Assembly: GCA_041611735.1 (NCBI GenBank)
Contig: JBFIML010000006.1
Coordinates: 59,936-123,935 of the forward strand
DNA length: 64,000 nt
Source: Myxococcota bacterium
GTDB taxonomy: Bacteria > Myxococcota_A > UBA9160 > PR03
Reading direction: 5' to 3'
Part shown: one piece after another, positions 37,360-48,700 of the stretch
Position numbering within the stretch: position 1 is the stretch's first letter
Layout of the letters: every line of letters begins with the position of its first letter
Notes under the pieces: generated by a model
What the model was told of the DNA's origin: nothing
The model's input: the letters and a program-made list of their open reading frames with translations, nothing else
Database searches by the model: none
Position numbers and translations under genes: made by a program

Positions 37360-38150
37360 CGCTCCGCCGGCAGGAAGCTGGCGAACAACGGGACGAGGTC
37401 CGGCCCCTGACGCAGGGTGTGACCCCCGTCCACGGCCACGCACTGGCCGGTGATCCAGCCGGCCTCGTCGCCGAGCAGGAAGGCCACCAGGGCCGCCACC
37501 TCCTCGGGCGTGCCGAGCCGCGCCAGGGGCATGCGCCGGCGGTACTCGGCCACGGCATCCTCGTTCCCGACCAGCGGACCCGTCATCGGCGTCGGCACGA
37601 GACCCGGCATCACGGCGTTCACCCGGATGCCGTGTTCGCCGAGGTCGTCGGCGGCGCAGCGCGTGAGCATGTTCACGCCGGCCTTGGCCGCACAGTAGGC
37701 GGTCATCCAGCGGTGCGTGCGCGCGCCGGCGATGGAGCTCACGTTCACGATGCTGCCGCCCCCGGCACGCTTCATGGCGCGCGCCTCGGCCCGCAGGCAG
37801 CGGTAGACGCCGGTCAGGTTGGTGTCCACCACGTGCTCGAAGTCCGCGCTCGGTCCGTTCAGGACGTTTCCCACGCCCCCCGTACCGGCCGCATTCACGG
37901 CCAGGCGCAAGGCGCCGCCGTGCGTCTCGGCGGCGCGGACCGCCGCCTCCACCGATGCTTCGTCGGTCACGTCGCACGGCGCCCAGGTGGCCGCCGGCCC
38001 CAGGGCGCGGGCGGCCTCGGCGAGGATCTCCGCGCGCCGGCCCGCCAGCAGCACCCGACCGCCCCCGGCCACGATCGCCCGGGCGCAGGCCCGGCCGATC
38101 CCCGTGCCCCCGCCCGTCACGAGGCCCGTGCGTCCCTCGAAGCTCGCCAT
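37356..38150 (-). CDS. short-chain dehydrogenase/reductase
   Basis: VTGGGTGIG, NAAG, NVSSIA, YCAAK, WITGQCVAVDGG. Confidence 0.92.
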   Translation of the reverse strand: MASFEGRTGLVTGGGTGIGRACARAIVAGGGRVLLAGRRAEILAEAARALGPAATWAPCDVTDEASVEAAVRAAETHGGALRLAVNAAGTGGVGNVLNGPSADFEHVVDTNLTGVYRCLRAEARAMKRAGGGSIVNVSSIAGARTHRWMTAYCAAKAGVNMLTRCAADDLGEHGIRVNAVMPGLVPTPMTGPLVGNEDAVAEYRRRMPLARLGTPEEVAALVAFLLGDEAGWITGQCVAVDGGHTLRQGPDLVPLFASFLPAER

Positions 38151-38212
38151 GGCGCTCCTCCTCTCCCAGCGACCGGCCCGGAGATAGCGCAGCCGGATGT
38201 GCCCCTGGGGGA

Positions 38213-38271
38213 TAAACAGTTCTGTTTAGCGATTAAAGGATTTGTTTTTCGAAGTTATGGCGTGATAGACT
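38213..38271. promoter_or_regulatory. palindromic operator and extended -10 for a leaderless HxlR-type gene
   Basis: TAAACAG-TT-CTGTTTA (38213-38228); TG-n-TAGACT (38263-38271) with GTG start 7 nt later. Confidence 0.5.
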
Positions 38272-38277
38272 GCCCGG

Positions 38278-38979
38278 GTGGGCGACCTCCGCTACGCGCA
38301 GTTCTGCCCCCTGGCCCGGGCGGCGGAGCTCCTGGGCGAACGCTGGACCCTGCTGATCCTGCGCGAGCTCTTCCTCGGTCCCCAGCGCTTCAGCGACCTG
38401 CGGCGACGGCTCGGGGAGGTCTCGTCCAGCGTGCTGGCGGAGCGCCTCGAGCGCCTGGAGCGGCGCGGTGTCGTGGCGCGCCGAAAGCTGCCGCCGCCGG
38501 CGGCTTCGGTCGTGTACGAGCTGGCGCCGGCGGGCGAGGCGCTGCGGCCGGCCCTGGAGGAGCTCATGCGCTGGGGCGCCCGCTTCCTGGTGCCACCCCG
38601 TCCGGGCGACCGCCTGGAGCCCGACTGGGTACGGCTTGCCCTGCGCGTCTTCGCCCGTCGCGAGGAGACGCCCCAGCGCCGCTTCGAGATCCGCCTGGGC
38701 GCGGGTTCGGACGCGCTGGTGCTGCGCGCCAGCGGGGGCCCGCACGGGACCCGGGTGGAGGAGGGCCCCGGCGACGCGGACGTCTCGCTGCGCGTGGAGC
38801 CGCTCCTGCTGCTCGGGCTCGTGGCGGGCCGGGTCTGTGCGGAGCGCGCGCTGCGCGAGGGTCGCCTCGAGGCCAGCGGGGACCTGGCCGCCCTCTCGGA
38901 GCTGCCGGCGCTGTTCCACGTCGATTTCGGAGGCGCGTCGGATCCGGCCGCCTCATCCACCCCGAAAGGAGACTCGTGA
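38278..38979 (+). CDS. HxlR-family winged-helix regulator with C-terminal SCP2-like domain
   Basis: YAQFCPLARAAELLGERWTLLILREL, RFSDL, VYEL..GEAL; tail ALREGRLEASGD. Confidence 0.88.
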   Translation: MGDLRYAQFCPLARAAELLGERWTLLILRELFLGPQRFSDLRRRLGEVSSSVLAERLERLERRGVVARRKLPPPAASVVYELAPAGEALRPALEELMRWGARFLVPPRPGDRLEPDWVRLALRVFARREETPQRRFEIRLGAGSDALVLRASGGPHGTRVEEGPGDADVSLRVEPLLLLGLVAGRVCAERALREGRLEASGDLAALSELPALFHVDFGGASDPAASSTPKGDS

Positions 38980-39632
38980 TGCCGACTGTACTCGGAGTGC
39001 AACCGTCCCCGTTCGTCCGCAAGGTGCGCGTCTTCCTGGCCGAGAAGGGCATTCCCTACGACCTGGAGCCCGTGCCCCCGTTCCCGCCCGCCAACGCGAC
39101 GCCTGAGTTTCGCAAGGTGAGCCCGCTCGGGAAGGTCCCCGGCTTCCGGGACGGAGACTTCGCCATCTCCGACTCCTCCGTGATCTGCGCCTATCTGGAG
39201 AAGAGCCACCCGAAGCCGCCGCTCTACCCGGCCGATGCCCGGCACTATGCCCGTGCGCTCTGGTTCGAGGAGTTCGCGGATTCGAAGCTCGCCGATGCCG
39301 TGGGCACCCTCTTCTTCAACCGCGTGGTGAAGAAGAAGTACTTCAAGCAGGAGCCCGATAACCGAGCGGTGGACACCGCCCTGCGCGAGACGCTGCCGCC
39401 GCTGCTGGACTACCTGGAGGGGCAGCTCGGCGAAGCGGACGCCTTCGTGGGCGGGCGCTTCTCCATCGCGGACATCGCCATAGCCAGCATGCTGCAGAAC
39501 CTGCGCCACGCGGGAGAGGAAATCGACGCCGCCCGCTGGCCGCACCTGGCGCGCTGGGCGGAGGCGGTCCTGGCGCGGCCCTCCTTCAAGGCCTGCGTGG
39601 AGGAGGAGGTCAAGCTCTTCGCATCCCTGTGA
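38979..39632 (+). CDS. glutathione S-transferase family protein
   Basis: SPFVRKVRVFLAEKG, SPLGKVP, DSSVICAYLE, FSIADIA. Confidence 0.92.
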   Translation: MPTVLGVQPSPFVRKVRVFLAEKGIPYDLEPVPPFPPANATPEFRKVSPLGKVPGFRDGDFAISDSSVICAYLEKSHPKPPLYPADARHYARALWFEEFADSKLADAVGTLFFNRVVKKKYFKQEPDNRAVDTALRETLPPLLDYLEGQLGEADAFVGGRFSIADIAIASMLQNLRHAGEEIDAARWPHLARWAEAVLARPSFKACVEEEVKLFASL

Positions 39633-39641
39633 GGACCGGGC

Positions 39642-40613
39642 TCAGGGCGCTTCCGGCGTGGAGAGCATCCGCGCCAGCAGCCGCCGCACGCGCGGGTGTC
39701 GCAGCAGGGCGAGCGTCTCGCCGCCCTCCGCCAGACGTCGGATCTCGGGGTCGCCGGCCAGGGCCGCCAGCTCCGGGTCGTTCCGCACGGCTTTCAGGCG
39801 CGGGCCGAGCTCGGCCAGGACCGCGCGCATCTCCTCGCGGAAGGCGGCACGGTCCTGCTCCGCCTGGGGACCCACCAGGCCGAGGGTCACCAGCTCGCGG
39901 CGCAGGCTGTCGTCGTGGACGATCCCCCCGAAGCTGGCCCGGCTCATGGCGGCGTCGAGCGCGCCCGCCTCCACGTGGTCCCAGAACGGCTGGTCGTGGG
40001 CGAGCCGCTGCAGCTGCGGGTGATCGGACACCTGGCGGAGCCGGTCCAGGTGCGTCCCCGGGTGCGCCAGGACGCGCGACGCCACACGGGCGCCGGGGGC
40101 GTCGGAGCCCAGGACCGCCCCGACGCCGCGCTCCACGGCGGCTGCGGCGACGCGGCTCACCGCCGAGGGGGGCGGCGAAGCCGGAGCCGCGCTGCCCGGG
40201 GCCCGGGCGGCGTCGAGCCACAGGCCGAGCCAGGCGATCAGCACCACGAAGAGCGCCCCGCGCGCCGTCCCGAACAGGGCCCCCGCCAGGCGATCGACGA
40301 GGCCGCGCACAGCGTCGTCCCGGCGCCGGGCCGGGTGCAGCAGCAGCCTGCGGCCCAGCGCTCCGAGCCCTCCCACCACCGCGAAGAAGGCCGCCGTGCC
40401 GGCCAGGGGAGGGGCCAGGAGGGGCGGGATCCCGGAGCCCTTCGCCAGCAGCGGACCCAGGTGGAGGGCGGCCGCGGCGGCCGCTGCCCACGCCAGCACC
40501 AGGGCGGCCAGGGCCAGGGCGCTGGCGCGACCCCCGCGTCGCGCCCCGAGCCATGCGAACAGCGCGAGCCCGGCCAGGGCGAGGGCGTCGCGCAGCAGGC
40601 CGTCGCTCGGCAC
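39642..40613 (-). CDS. CvpA-like membrane protein with C-terminal soluble extension
   Basis: Four hydrophobic segments with DRLAGALFGTARG motif. Confidence 0.65.
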   Translation of the reverse strand: MPSDGLLRDALALAGLALFAWLGARRGGRASALALAALVLAWAAAAAAALHLGPLLAKGSGIPPLLAPPLAGTAAFFAVVGGLGALGRRLLLHPARRRDDAVRGLVDRLAGALFGTARGALFVVLIAWLGLWLDAARAPGSAAPASPPPSAVSRVAAAAVERGVGAVLGSDAPGARVASRVLAHPGTHLDRLRQVSDHPQLQRLAHDQPFWDHVEAGALDAAMSRASFGGIVHDDSLRRELVTLGLVGPQAEQDRAAFREEMRAVLAELGPRLKAVRNDPELAALAGDPEIRRLAEGGETLALLRHPRVRRLLARMLSTPEAP

Positions 40614-40640
40614 GCGTTCCTCCCGCGCCGGTGTTGCCGG

Positions 40641-41873
40641 TCAGCCGATGCGGCGCTTGCGCTCGAGGATGAGCCGCTCGTACACGCCGGACATCTCCCG
40701 GCAGAGCGCCTCGAGGGCGGCGTAGGCGGTCTCGCCCAACGCATCGGGCCCGTTGTCCACGTACAGGAGGTTGACGACCCGGGCCCGGATCCGCACCGGA
40801 AGCAGCGCCATCTCGCGGGCCGCACTGCGCCCCAGGGCGGCCAGCACCCGGGCGTCGATGCCCGTCGTCGGCACCGCCATCCGCAGCGGCTCGCCGTCGT
40901 CGGCGCAGGCCGCGAAGCGGCTCTCGCTCGCGCGCGGGAGGACCACGCCCCGCACGCGAGTCGACATCTCTCCCAGGGCCTGGAGTCCCTCGATGGTCTG
41001 CGGCCGCACCAGCAGGAGGGCGGCGCTCTCCGCGTAGCGGCCCGCCAGCCGCAGGGTCCGGTCCGCCACTTCCGCCCGGTTCGTCGACTGGCGCAGCGCC
41101 GCCTCCAGGGCGGGGATGCGCGTGTCCGCAGCCTCGGGCGCCGGGGCCGGCATCGATTCCGCCTCGGCTTCAGGCCGCGGCGCCGCCGGCGTGGATCGCG
41201 CGGCCTCGCGGTGCTCCATCTCGTCGCGGGCGGCGTCCATGCGCCCGATCATGCGCGTCTGCAGCTCCGAGAAGACGGTCTCGCCCACCAGCTCCTCGTC
41301 CTCGCCGAGCGGAGCGATGCCGAGGGCCTGCGCCTCCGGCGCCAGCGGCGCCGGCTGCGCAGCTCGATGGCGCCGCGCCCATGCCTCGTCCTCCGGGTCG
41401 AGCTTCGCATCCTGGGCGCCGCCCAGGTCGATGTGCCGGATCTCACGAGGGATGTCGTAGTGGTAGTCGAGCCAGTAGTAGGCGGTGGCCTCGGGGAACA
41501 CGTAGGGCTTCACGCGCAGCCCGCTGGCGAAGGCGATCTCGTCCATGCGAGCCGGGTCCAGGGGGTCCACCATGGCCAGATGGAGCGTGCGGTTCTCGAT
41601 CTTGAGGGGGAGCACCTTGTGCCGCTTCACGAGCTCCACCGGGACGGCCTGGAGGGCCGTGATCTCCGGTGTCTCGAGCCACTCCCGCGGCGGCACCGAG
41701 AGGCCCACGTGCGCCGCCAGGTGCCGGGTGAGCTCGTCGAGCGTCAGGTAGCCGAGCTCAACCAGATTCGTGCCGAGCCGCCCGCCGAAGGCCACTTGGG
41801 ACTGGAGCGCCTCCTCGAGCTGTTCCTCGCTCACGATCGCGTTCTCCAGCAGGTACTTGCCCAGGTGCTTCAC
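40641..41873 (-). CDS. MshEN/T2SSE-N domain protein without ATPase (C-terminal GAF-like region)
   Basis: HLGKYLLENAIVSEEQLEEALQSQ + RLGTNLVELGYL, KVLPL..LHLAMVDP; no Walker motifs; GGAGG SD before GTG. Confidence 0.75.
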   Translation of the reverse strand: MKHLGKYLLENAIVSEEQLEEALQSQVAFGGRLGTNLVELGYLTLDELTRHLAAHVGLSVPPREWLETPEITALQAVPVELVKRHKVLPLKIENRTLHLAMVDPLDPARMDEIAFASGLRVKPYVFPEATAYYWLDYHYDIPREIRHIDLGGAQDAKLDPEDEAWARRHRAAQPAPLAPEAQALGIAPLGEDEELVGETVFSELQTRMIGRMDAARDEMEHREAARSTPAAPRPEAEAESMPAPAPEAADTRIPALEAALRQSTNRAEVADRTLRLAGRYAESAALLLVRPQTIEGLQALGEMSTRVRGVVLPRASESRFAACADDGEPLRMAVPTTGIDARVLAALGRSAAREMALLPVRIRARVVNLLYVDNGPDALGETAYAALEALCREMSGVYERLILERKRRIG

Positions 41874-41960
41874 GCAAACCTCCGAGCCGAGGCCCACGGG
41901 CGGCCCCGGCGACCCCGCAGGCGCTTCGGCAGGCTCGCGGACCGGCTTGAGGCGGCCGGA

Positions 41961-43322
41961 TCAGTCGATGCCGAGGCGCTGCATCTTCTTGTAGAGGCCC
42001 TCGCGGGTCACGCCGAGGGCGCGGGCGGTGGCGGCACGACGGCCGCCGTGGGCCGCGAGGCTGCGCCGGATCAGCCAGGCCTCCACCCGCGTCAAGGTCT
42101 CCCGCAGCGTCTCCCCCTCCCGGCCCGCCGAGGCCACCGGCTCGAGGGCCGCACGCACCCGCTCCGAGAGGTGCTCCGGACCGACGGGCTCGCCCGCTTC
42201 CACGAGCGCCAGCGCCCGCTGCATCTCGTTCTCGAGCTCGCGCACGTTGCCCGGCCAGGTGTGCGCCAGCAGCAGGTCCCCGGTGGCGGGCGCGAGCCGG
42301 CAGCCCGGGCGCCCCTCCCGCGCACCGTGGCGGCGCAGGAAGTGCGCCGCCAGGGCGAGCACGTCGTCGCGCCGCTCGCGCAGCGGTGGCACGCGGATCG
42401 GGAACACCGCGAGCCGGTAGTAGAGGTCCTCCCGGAAGCCTCCCCGGGCCAGCTCGGCGCGCAGGTCCCGGTTGGTGGCCGCCACCACGCGCACGTCCAC
42501 CTGGCGGGCCCGGGTTCCGCCCACCGGCCGCACCTCGCGCTCCTGCAGGGCACGCAGGAGCTTGGCCTGCAGGGACGGCGTGGTCTCCCCGATCTCGTCG
42601 AGCAGGAGCGTGCCGCCCTGGGCGGCTTCGAAGAGGCCGGGGCGCGCCTGATCGGCGCCGGTGAAGGCGCCACGCACGTGGCCGAAGAGCTCGCTCTCGA
42701 GCAGCGTGTCCGGAAGCGCGGCGCAGTTGGCCGCCACGAAGGGCCCGGGCCGACGCGCTCCCCCGTCGTGGATGGCCCGGGCCAGGAGCTCCTTGCCGGT
42801 CCCCGTCTCCCCCACCAGCAGCACCGTGGCCCGCGAGCGTGCGGCGCGTTGCACCAGTGCGAGCACGTGCCGCATGGCGGGGCTGCGGGACACGATTCCC
42901 GGCGCCGCTTGCGCCGGCTCGGGGCGGGGCGCCGCCCGGACGGCGGGGCCGCGGCGCGCCGCGGGCAGGGCATCCAGCAGCGGAGCCAGTCCGCCGCGGG
43001 GGCCCCGGTCCCCGCCGCCCCGGCTGACGACCTCCGCCGCGCCGGCCCGCCGCAAGGCGGCGGCCGCTTCGGCGCAGTCCGTGGGTACGCGCACCAGGAC
43101 CGGTGGAGCCCCCGTCACGCGCTCCAGCCGCGCCAGGTCCCGGCAGGCGCCGGCGGGATCCTCGGCGTCGAGCACCAGGGCATCGAAGGCGGCCAGGGGG
43201 AGGGCCAGGGCGTCCTCCAGGTCCCGGGCCCAGGCCACGTCCAGGGACGGGGTCTCGGCCACGGCGTCGAGTTCGAGCTGGCGGGCGCGTCCCACCCAGA
43301 GCAGCGAGCGGATCTGCGGCAT
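41961..43322 (-). CDS. sigma-54-dependent enhancer-binding activator with degenerate receiver domain
   Basis: [47 protein letters not shown], Fis-type HTH. Confidence 0.92.
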   Translation of the reverse strand: MPQIRSLLWVGRARQLELDAVAETPSLDVAWARDLEDALALPLAAFDALVLDAEDPAGACRDLARLERVTGAPPVLVRVPTDCAEAAAALRRAGAAEVVSRGGGDRGPRGGLAPLLDALPAARRGPAVRAAPRPEPAQAAPGIVSRSPAMRHVLALVQRAARSRATVLLVGETGTGKELLARAIHDGGARRPGPFVAANCAALPDTLLESELFGHVRGAFTGADQARPGLFEAAQGGTLLLDEIGETTPSLQAKLLRALQEREVRPVGGTRARQVDVRVVAATNRDLRAELARGGFREDLYYRLAVFPIRVPPLRERRDDVLALAAHFLRRHGAREGRPGCRLAPATGDLLLAHTWPGNVRELENEMQRALALVEAGEPVGPEHLSERVRAALEPVASAGREGETLRETLTRVEAWLIRRSLAAHGGRRAATARALGVTREGLYKKMQRLGID

Positions 43323-43618
43323 GCGTCCTCCAGGCCCCCGGCGGCCGGGGGAGCAAGGCGCATGCCGCCAGCGCGCGGCTCCCGGGCGGACGCTGCGGGC
43401 CTCCCGAGGCGTGCGGAGGGCCGCAAGCGGCCGCCTGCCGGCCGATGCGGGCCGCCGTTCGCGTCGCTCGCGGGGTCCCGCTCATCCCCCGAGGCTCGAC
43501 TCGGGCCAACCCTGCAACTTCCCGAACTCCGGACGGTTTCCTTCAAGGGGGCGATCCCTCGCGCCGATGGGCCCGGAGGATTCGCAGGCGTCCGTCCCCG
43601 GGCGGGCGAGGAGGTCCG

Positions 43619-45778
43619 ATGTCCGCGCACGACGGCGTGGAGAAGCAACCCCGGCTCCTCCTCGTGGACGACGACGCGACGATCCGCGTGATGGCTCGCG
43701 ATCGTCTCGAGGGCGCGGGCTTCGCGGTGCTGGAGGCCGCCGACGGTCGCGAAGCGCTGGCACGCTTCGAGGCCGAGCGCCCTCACCTCGTCCTGCTGGA
43801 CCTCCAGCTCCCGGAGCTCGACGGTCTCTCGGTCTGCGAGGCGATCCGCCAGCAGCCCGGGGCGAGCCACGTGCCGGTGCTCGTCCTGACCTCCCTGCAC
43901 GACGTGGAGTGGGTGCGGCGGGCCTTCGAGGCGGGCGCCACCGACTTCGTCCCCAAGCCCGTCGACTGGCTCGTGGTGACCGAGCGGGTGCGCTACATGC
44001 TGCGCGCCGCGGCGACCCTGACAAGCTTCGCGCGCAGCGAGACCCGGCTCGATCGGGCGCAACGCATCGCCCGGCTCGGCAACTGGGAGTGGGATCTCGA
44101 GAGCACCAGCCTGCGCTGCTCCCGGCAGCTGCGCCGCATCCTCGGCTTTCCGGAGCAAGGGGATCCGATCTCCCGCGAGAGCTTCCTGGCGCGCGTCCAC
44201 CCGCAAGACCGCCGTCTGGTATCCCACGCCTTCGAGCGCTCGGTCCGTGAGCTGGAGCCCTTTGGCGTGGACCACCGGGTGGTGCTGCCGGACGGCACCG
44301 AGCGGATCGTCCATACCCAGGCGGAGGTGGTGGGGGGGGAGGCCGGAGAGACGCTCGAGCTCGCCGGGACCGTGCAGGACATCACCGAGCGCAAGCAGGC
44401 CGAGAAGCGCTTGCGCTTCCTGGCCTTCCACGACGAGCTGACCCATCTCGGCAACCGCGAGTTCTTCCGGGCCCGCCTGCGGCAGGCCCTGGCCCAGGCC
44501 CGCCGCCACGGGCGCAGCGTCGCGATCCTGTTCCTCGATCTCGACCACTTCAAGCGCATCAACGACACCCTGGGACACTCCGTGGGCGACCAGCTCCTGC
44601 AACGGGTCGCCGAGCGGCTGCGCAACTGCACCCGGGAGGGCGACTTCGTGTCCCGCTCCCACGATGAGGATGGCGACGCCACGGTCTCCCGCTTCGGCGG
44701 CGACGAGTTCATCGTGATGTTGGCGGAGATCGGGGAACCCGAGGATGCCGCCCGCGTGGCGCGCCGGGTGCTCGAGGTCCTCTCGCAGCCCTTCCGCCTG
44801 CAGCAGCACGAAGTGGTGATCGGGGCGAGCGTGGGGATCGCGGTCTTTCCCCACGACGGCGACGACGTGGAGACGATGCTGCGCAACGCGGACGCGGCCA
44901 TGTACCACGCCAAGGAGCGGGGCCGCAACAACTTCCAGTTCTACGAGTCCTCCATGAACACGGTGGCCATGCGCCGCCTCGAGCTGGAGGGAGAGCTGCG
45001 GAAGGCCGTCGAGCGCCAGCAGCTCCACGTGCACTACCAGCCCAAGCTCGATCTCCGGAGCGGACACATCAGCGGAGTCGAGGCCCTGCTGCGCTGGACG
45101 CACCCGGCGCTCGGCGCGGTCTCGCCCGCCGAGTTCGTGCCCGTGGCGGAGCAGGGCGGGCTGATCCTCTCCATCGGGGAGTTCGTGCTCCGCGCGGCCT
45201 GCAACCAGGCTCGCTTCTGGCAGGACGCGGGCCTGCCGCCGGTGCGGGTCTCCGTGAACCTTTCTGCCCACCAGTTCGCCGCCGAGGGCCTGGTGGCCAC
45301 CGTGCGGCGCGTCCTCACGGAGACCGGGCTCGACCCCCGCTGGCTCGAGCTCGAGATCACCGAGAGCGTCCTCATGGAGAACGAGCGCCTGGCGGTGGCC
45401 GCGATGGAGGAGATGCAGGGCATCGGCATCGTCGTCTCCCTGGACGACTTCGGCACCGGCTACTCCTCGTTGAGCTACCTGAAGCGCTTTCGGGTGAACG
45501 CGGTGAAGATCGACCGGTGCTTCGTGCGGGACATCGCCTCGGACCCGGAGGACGCGGCCATCATCGGGGCCATCATCTCCATCGCCCGGGCGCTCCGCAT
45601 GAAAGTGATCGCGGAGGGTGTGGAGACCGAGGCGCAGCGCGACTTCCTGATCGAGCGCGGCTGCGACGAGATGCAGGGCTACCTGTACAGCCGGCCGGTG
45701 GCTCCCGAGGTCTGCGCCGAGCTGCTGAGGAGCAACTCGGCCCGGGAAACGGAGCCGGCCGGCGGGGAAGGGCGCTAG
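43619..45778 (+). CDS. response regulator diguanylate cyclase/phosphodiesterase (REC-PAS-GGDEF-EAL)
   Basis: LVDDD..LLDLQLP..FVPKP; PAS ending QDITERK; RFGGDEF; EALLRW, DDFGTGYSSL, AEGVE, QGYLYSRP. Confidence 0.95.
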   Translation: MSAHDGVEKQPRLLLVDDDATIRVMARDRLEGAGFAVLEAADGREALARFEAERPHLVLLDLQLPELDGLSVCEAIRQQPGASHVPVLVLTSLHDVEWVRRAFEAGATDFVPKPVDWLVVTERVRYMLRAAATLTSFARSETRLDRAQRIARLGNWEWDLESTSLRCSRQLRRILGFPEQGDPISRESFLARVHPQDRRLVSHAFERSVRELEPFGVDHRVVLPDGTERIVHTQAEVVGGEAGETLELAGTVQDITERKQAEKRLRFLAFHDELTHLGNREFFRARLRQALAQARRHGRSVAILFLDLDHFKRINDTLGHSVGDQLLQRVAERLRNCTREGDFVSRSHDEDGDATVSRFGGDEFIVMLAEIGEPEDAARVARRVLEVLSQPFRLQQHEVVIGASVGIAVFPHDGDDVETMLRNADAAMYHAKERGRNNFQFYESSMNTVAMRRLELEGELRKAVERQQLHVHYQPKLDLRSGHISGVEALLRWTHPALGAVSPAEFVPVAEQGGLILSIGEFVLRAACNQARFWQDAGLPPVRVSVNLSAHQFAAEGLVATVRRVLTETGLDPRWLELEITESVLMENERLAVAAMEEMQGIGIVVSLDDFGTGYSSLSYLKRFRVNAVKIDRCFVRDIASDPEDAAIIGAIISIARALRMKVIAEGVETEAQRDFLIERGCDEMQGYLYSRPVAPEVCAELLRSNSARETEPAGGEGR

Positions 45779-48700
45779 CGACGCGCCCAGTAGCGGTCCA
45801 CGCCCCCGCAGTCGAGCTTCTCGAAGCGCCCGGCGGGCACCGCCAGGTCGCCCGCCAGCGGGACCGCCTGCTGACCCTCGAAGCGCCGATCCACGCGGCC
45901 GTCGAAGTCCTCGTCCTCGTCCTGGCGGACCACCTTGTCGCCTGCCAGGTGCTGGATCACGTCCGGGCGGCCGTCTGCGTTGGTGTCCGCGTCGAGTCGG
46001 ACCCGCTGCCCGTCGCGGTACACCTCGCGCTGGTCCGCGACGCCGTTTCCGTCCGTGTCGAGCAGCACCTCCTCCACGGTCCCGTTGCGCACCGCGGCGC
46101 GGGCGTCGAAGCGGCCGTTCCCGTCCGTGTCGAGACACTGGGCCGTGACCTGCCCGTCGGCGCCGAGGAAGAGCTTCTTGTTGGGGCGGCGATGGCGACC
46201 CTCGGCGATCTCCTGCACCACGGGCCGGCCGTCGGCGCCGAAGCGGGTCAGCACGTCCGGCGCCCCGTTGGCATTGGTGTCGCGGACCTCGCGCACGACG
46301 CGGCCGTCCTTGGCGAAGCTCCAGGCGTCGATGCGGCAGTCGCCGGTGGTGTCACGCTGCTCCTCCACCACGTTGCCGGCGCTGTCGTAGCGCTGCACGA
46401 GGTCCGTGCAGCCGTGACCGGAGGTGTCCTGCTCGAGCCGGACGAGACGCCCGTCCTCGAAGCGCGTGATCACGTCCGGCTTGCCGTTCCCGCTGCGGTC
46501 CTCGCGCCGCTCGAGCACCTTGCCGTCGGCATCGGCCACCACCCAGGTGTCCACGCGGCCGTCGCCGTTGGTGTCCGCCTCCTGGGTCTCGCGGCCGGCC
46601 TCCCCGGCGCGGCTGCGGCGGTCCACGATGCCATCGAAATCCGTGTCCTGCTCGCGCAGGGCGATGCGGTCGTTCTCGAAGTGGACGAAGAGGTCGGGGC
46701 GCCCGTCGCCATTCGAGTCCTTCTCGGTGCGCACCTTGCGGCCGGCCTCGTAGATCGTGGCCAGCTCGGGTCGCCCGTCGCCGTCCGCGTCCTCCTCGAT
46801 GCGGGCGGGCCGCTGCTCGGCGTCGAAGACCGTGGTGATCTCCGGGCGCCCGTCGAAGTCGCGGTCCTCCTGCTGGCGGGCCTTGCGGCCGTCCTGGTAC
46901 TCCACCAGAACGTCGGGGCGGCCGTCGCCATTGGTGTCGGCCTCCGAGCGCGTGGGTCGATCGTCCGTGTAGAAGGTCACGAGCTCGAAGCGCCCGTCGA
47001 AGTCGCGGTCCGCCTCGTCGCGCACCAGGACCCCGGCTTCGAAGACCTTGACGAAGTCGGGCTTCTCGTCCCGGTTCTGGTCCACCTCCTCGCGCGCGGG
47101 CCGCTCCTCGGCGTCGAAGCTGACGATCACGTCGATCTTGCCATCGCCGTCGGTATCCCGGCGCTGGGTGCGCTGGCGGCCGTCCGCGAAGAGCAGCTGG
47201 GTGTCGTAGCGGCCGCTGGCGTCCGTGTCCCGCTCCTGACGCACGGGCTGCCCGGCCTCGAAATGGGTCACCACGTCGAAGCGACCGTCGCCGGTGGTGT
47301 CGCGCTCCTCGCGTTTCTTCTCGCCTCCCGCGTACTCGGTGCGCACGTCGAAGCGCTCGTCGCCGTCCGGGTCGCGTTCGTCGCGCACCACGGCACCCTC
47401 GGCGTCGAGCTCGCCGCGCCAGTCGGGCTTGCCGTCGCCGTTCACGTCCTCCTCGAAGCGGGCGGGACGACCGTTCTCGAAGGTGACGACGCGATCCGCC
47501 TTGCCATCGCCGGTGCGGTCGCTCTCCAGCCGCACGCTGACACCCGCGGCGTCGTTGGTCAGCCAGGAGTCGATGCGGCCGTCGCCGCGGGTGTCCTTCA
47601 GGACGCGACGCTCCTTGCCGCTGGCCGGGTCGAGGTCCACCCAGGTATCCACCTTCCCGTCGTGGTCGGCGTCCTGCTCCTGCTTCTCCAGGTGGCCCTG
47701 GGGGTCGTAGAAGTTCCAGAGGTCGACGCGTCCGTCTCCGCTCTCGTCGAGCTCCACGCGCAGCAGGCGGCCCTCCCCCCAGAGCTCGGTGCGGTCCGGC
47801 CGGCCGGCACCGCGCGTGTCGACGGTGCGCTTCACCAGCTCGCCGCGCTCGTGGAGCGCCACGGTCTCGAAGCGCCCGTCGAAGTCCGTGTCGAGCTCCT
47901 CGCGCGCCACGCGCTCCTCGGCGTCGAAGCTGTACACTGCGTCGTTCTTGCCATCGCCGTTGCGGTCTTCCTGCTGGCTCACCTTGCGGCCGTCCTGGAA
48001 GGTGACGAAGGTGTCGTAGCGGCCGTCGTGGTCGGTGTCCGCCTCGCTGCGGGCCGGCTGCTGGCCGGAGAAGACGGTGACGAGGTCCATGCGCCCATCG
48101 CCGTTCTCGTCGCGCTCCTCGCGCACCTTCACGCCGGCCTCGAAGGTCCGCACCAGGTCCGCACGCCCGTCGTCGTCTTCGTCGTGCTGCTCCCGGGCGG
48201 GACGCCCCTGGGCGTCGAAGTCGACAACCAGCTCCGGGGTGCCGTCGCGGTCCGCGTCGCGAACCTGGCGCCGCTCGCGGCCCTTCTCGAAGCTGGAGAG
48301 CGTATCGAAGGCGCCGTCGCCGGTGGTGTCCACCTCCCGGCGCACGATCTCGTCGCCCCGGTAGTGGGTCACGACGCTCGGGCGTCCGCGGCCGTCGGGA
48401 TCCTCTTCGACCCGGACCTTCTGGCCCTTCTCGTACGAGATCACCAGCTCGAAGCTTCCGTCGCCGTCGGCGTCCTGGAGCTCGCGGCGCTTGGCGCCGT
48501 CGGGCCCGAACTCGGCCCGCACGTCCGCGCGTCCGTTGCCGCTCTGGTCCTCCTCGACCCGCTCCGGCTTGCCGTCCCGGTAGGTGACCCAGCGGTCCAG
48601 GCGTCCGTCGAAGTCCCCGTCCAGCTCCTCGCGGGCGGGCTGGCCGGCGGCGTAGGTGAGGGTGGCGTCGGGCTTGCCGTCGCCGTTGCGGTCCTCGCGT

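Noticed and set aside
41874-41889. Sigma-54 -24/-12 promoter before the MshEN gene
   Set aside because: GG-to-GC spacing is 11 rather than 10 and the sequence doubles as the SD next to the start codon
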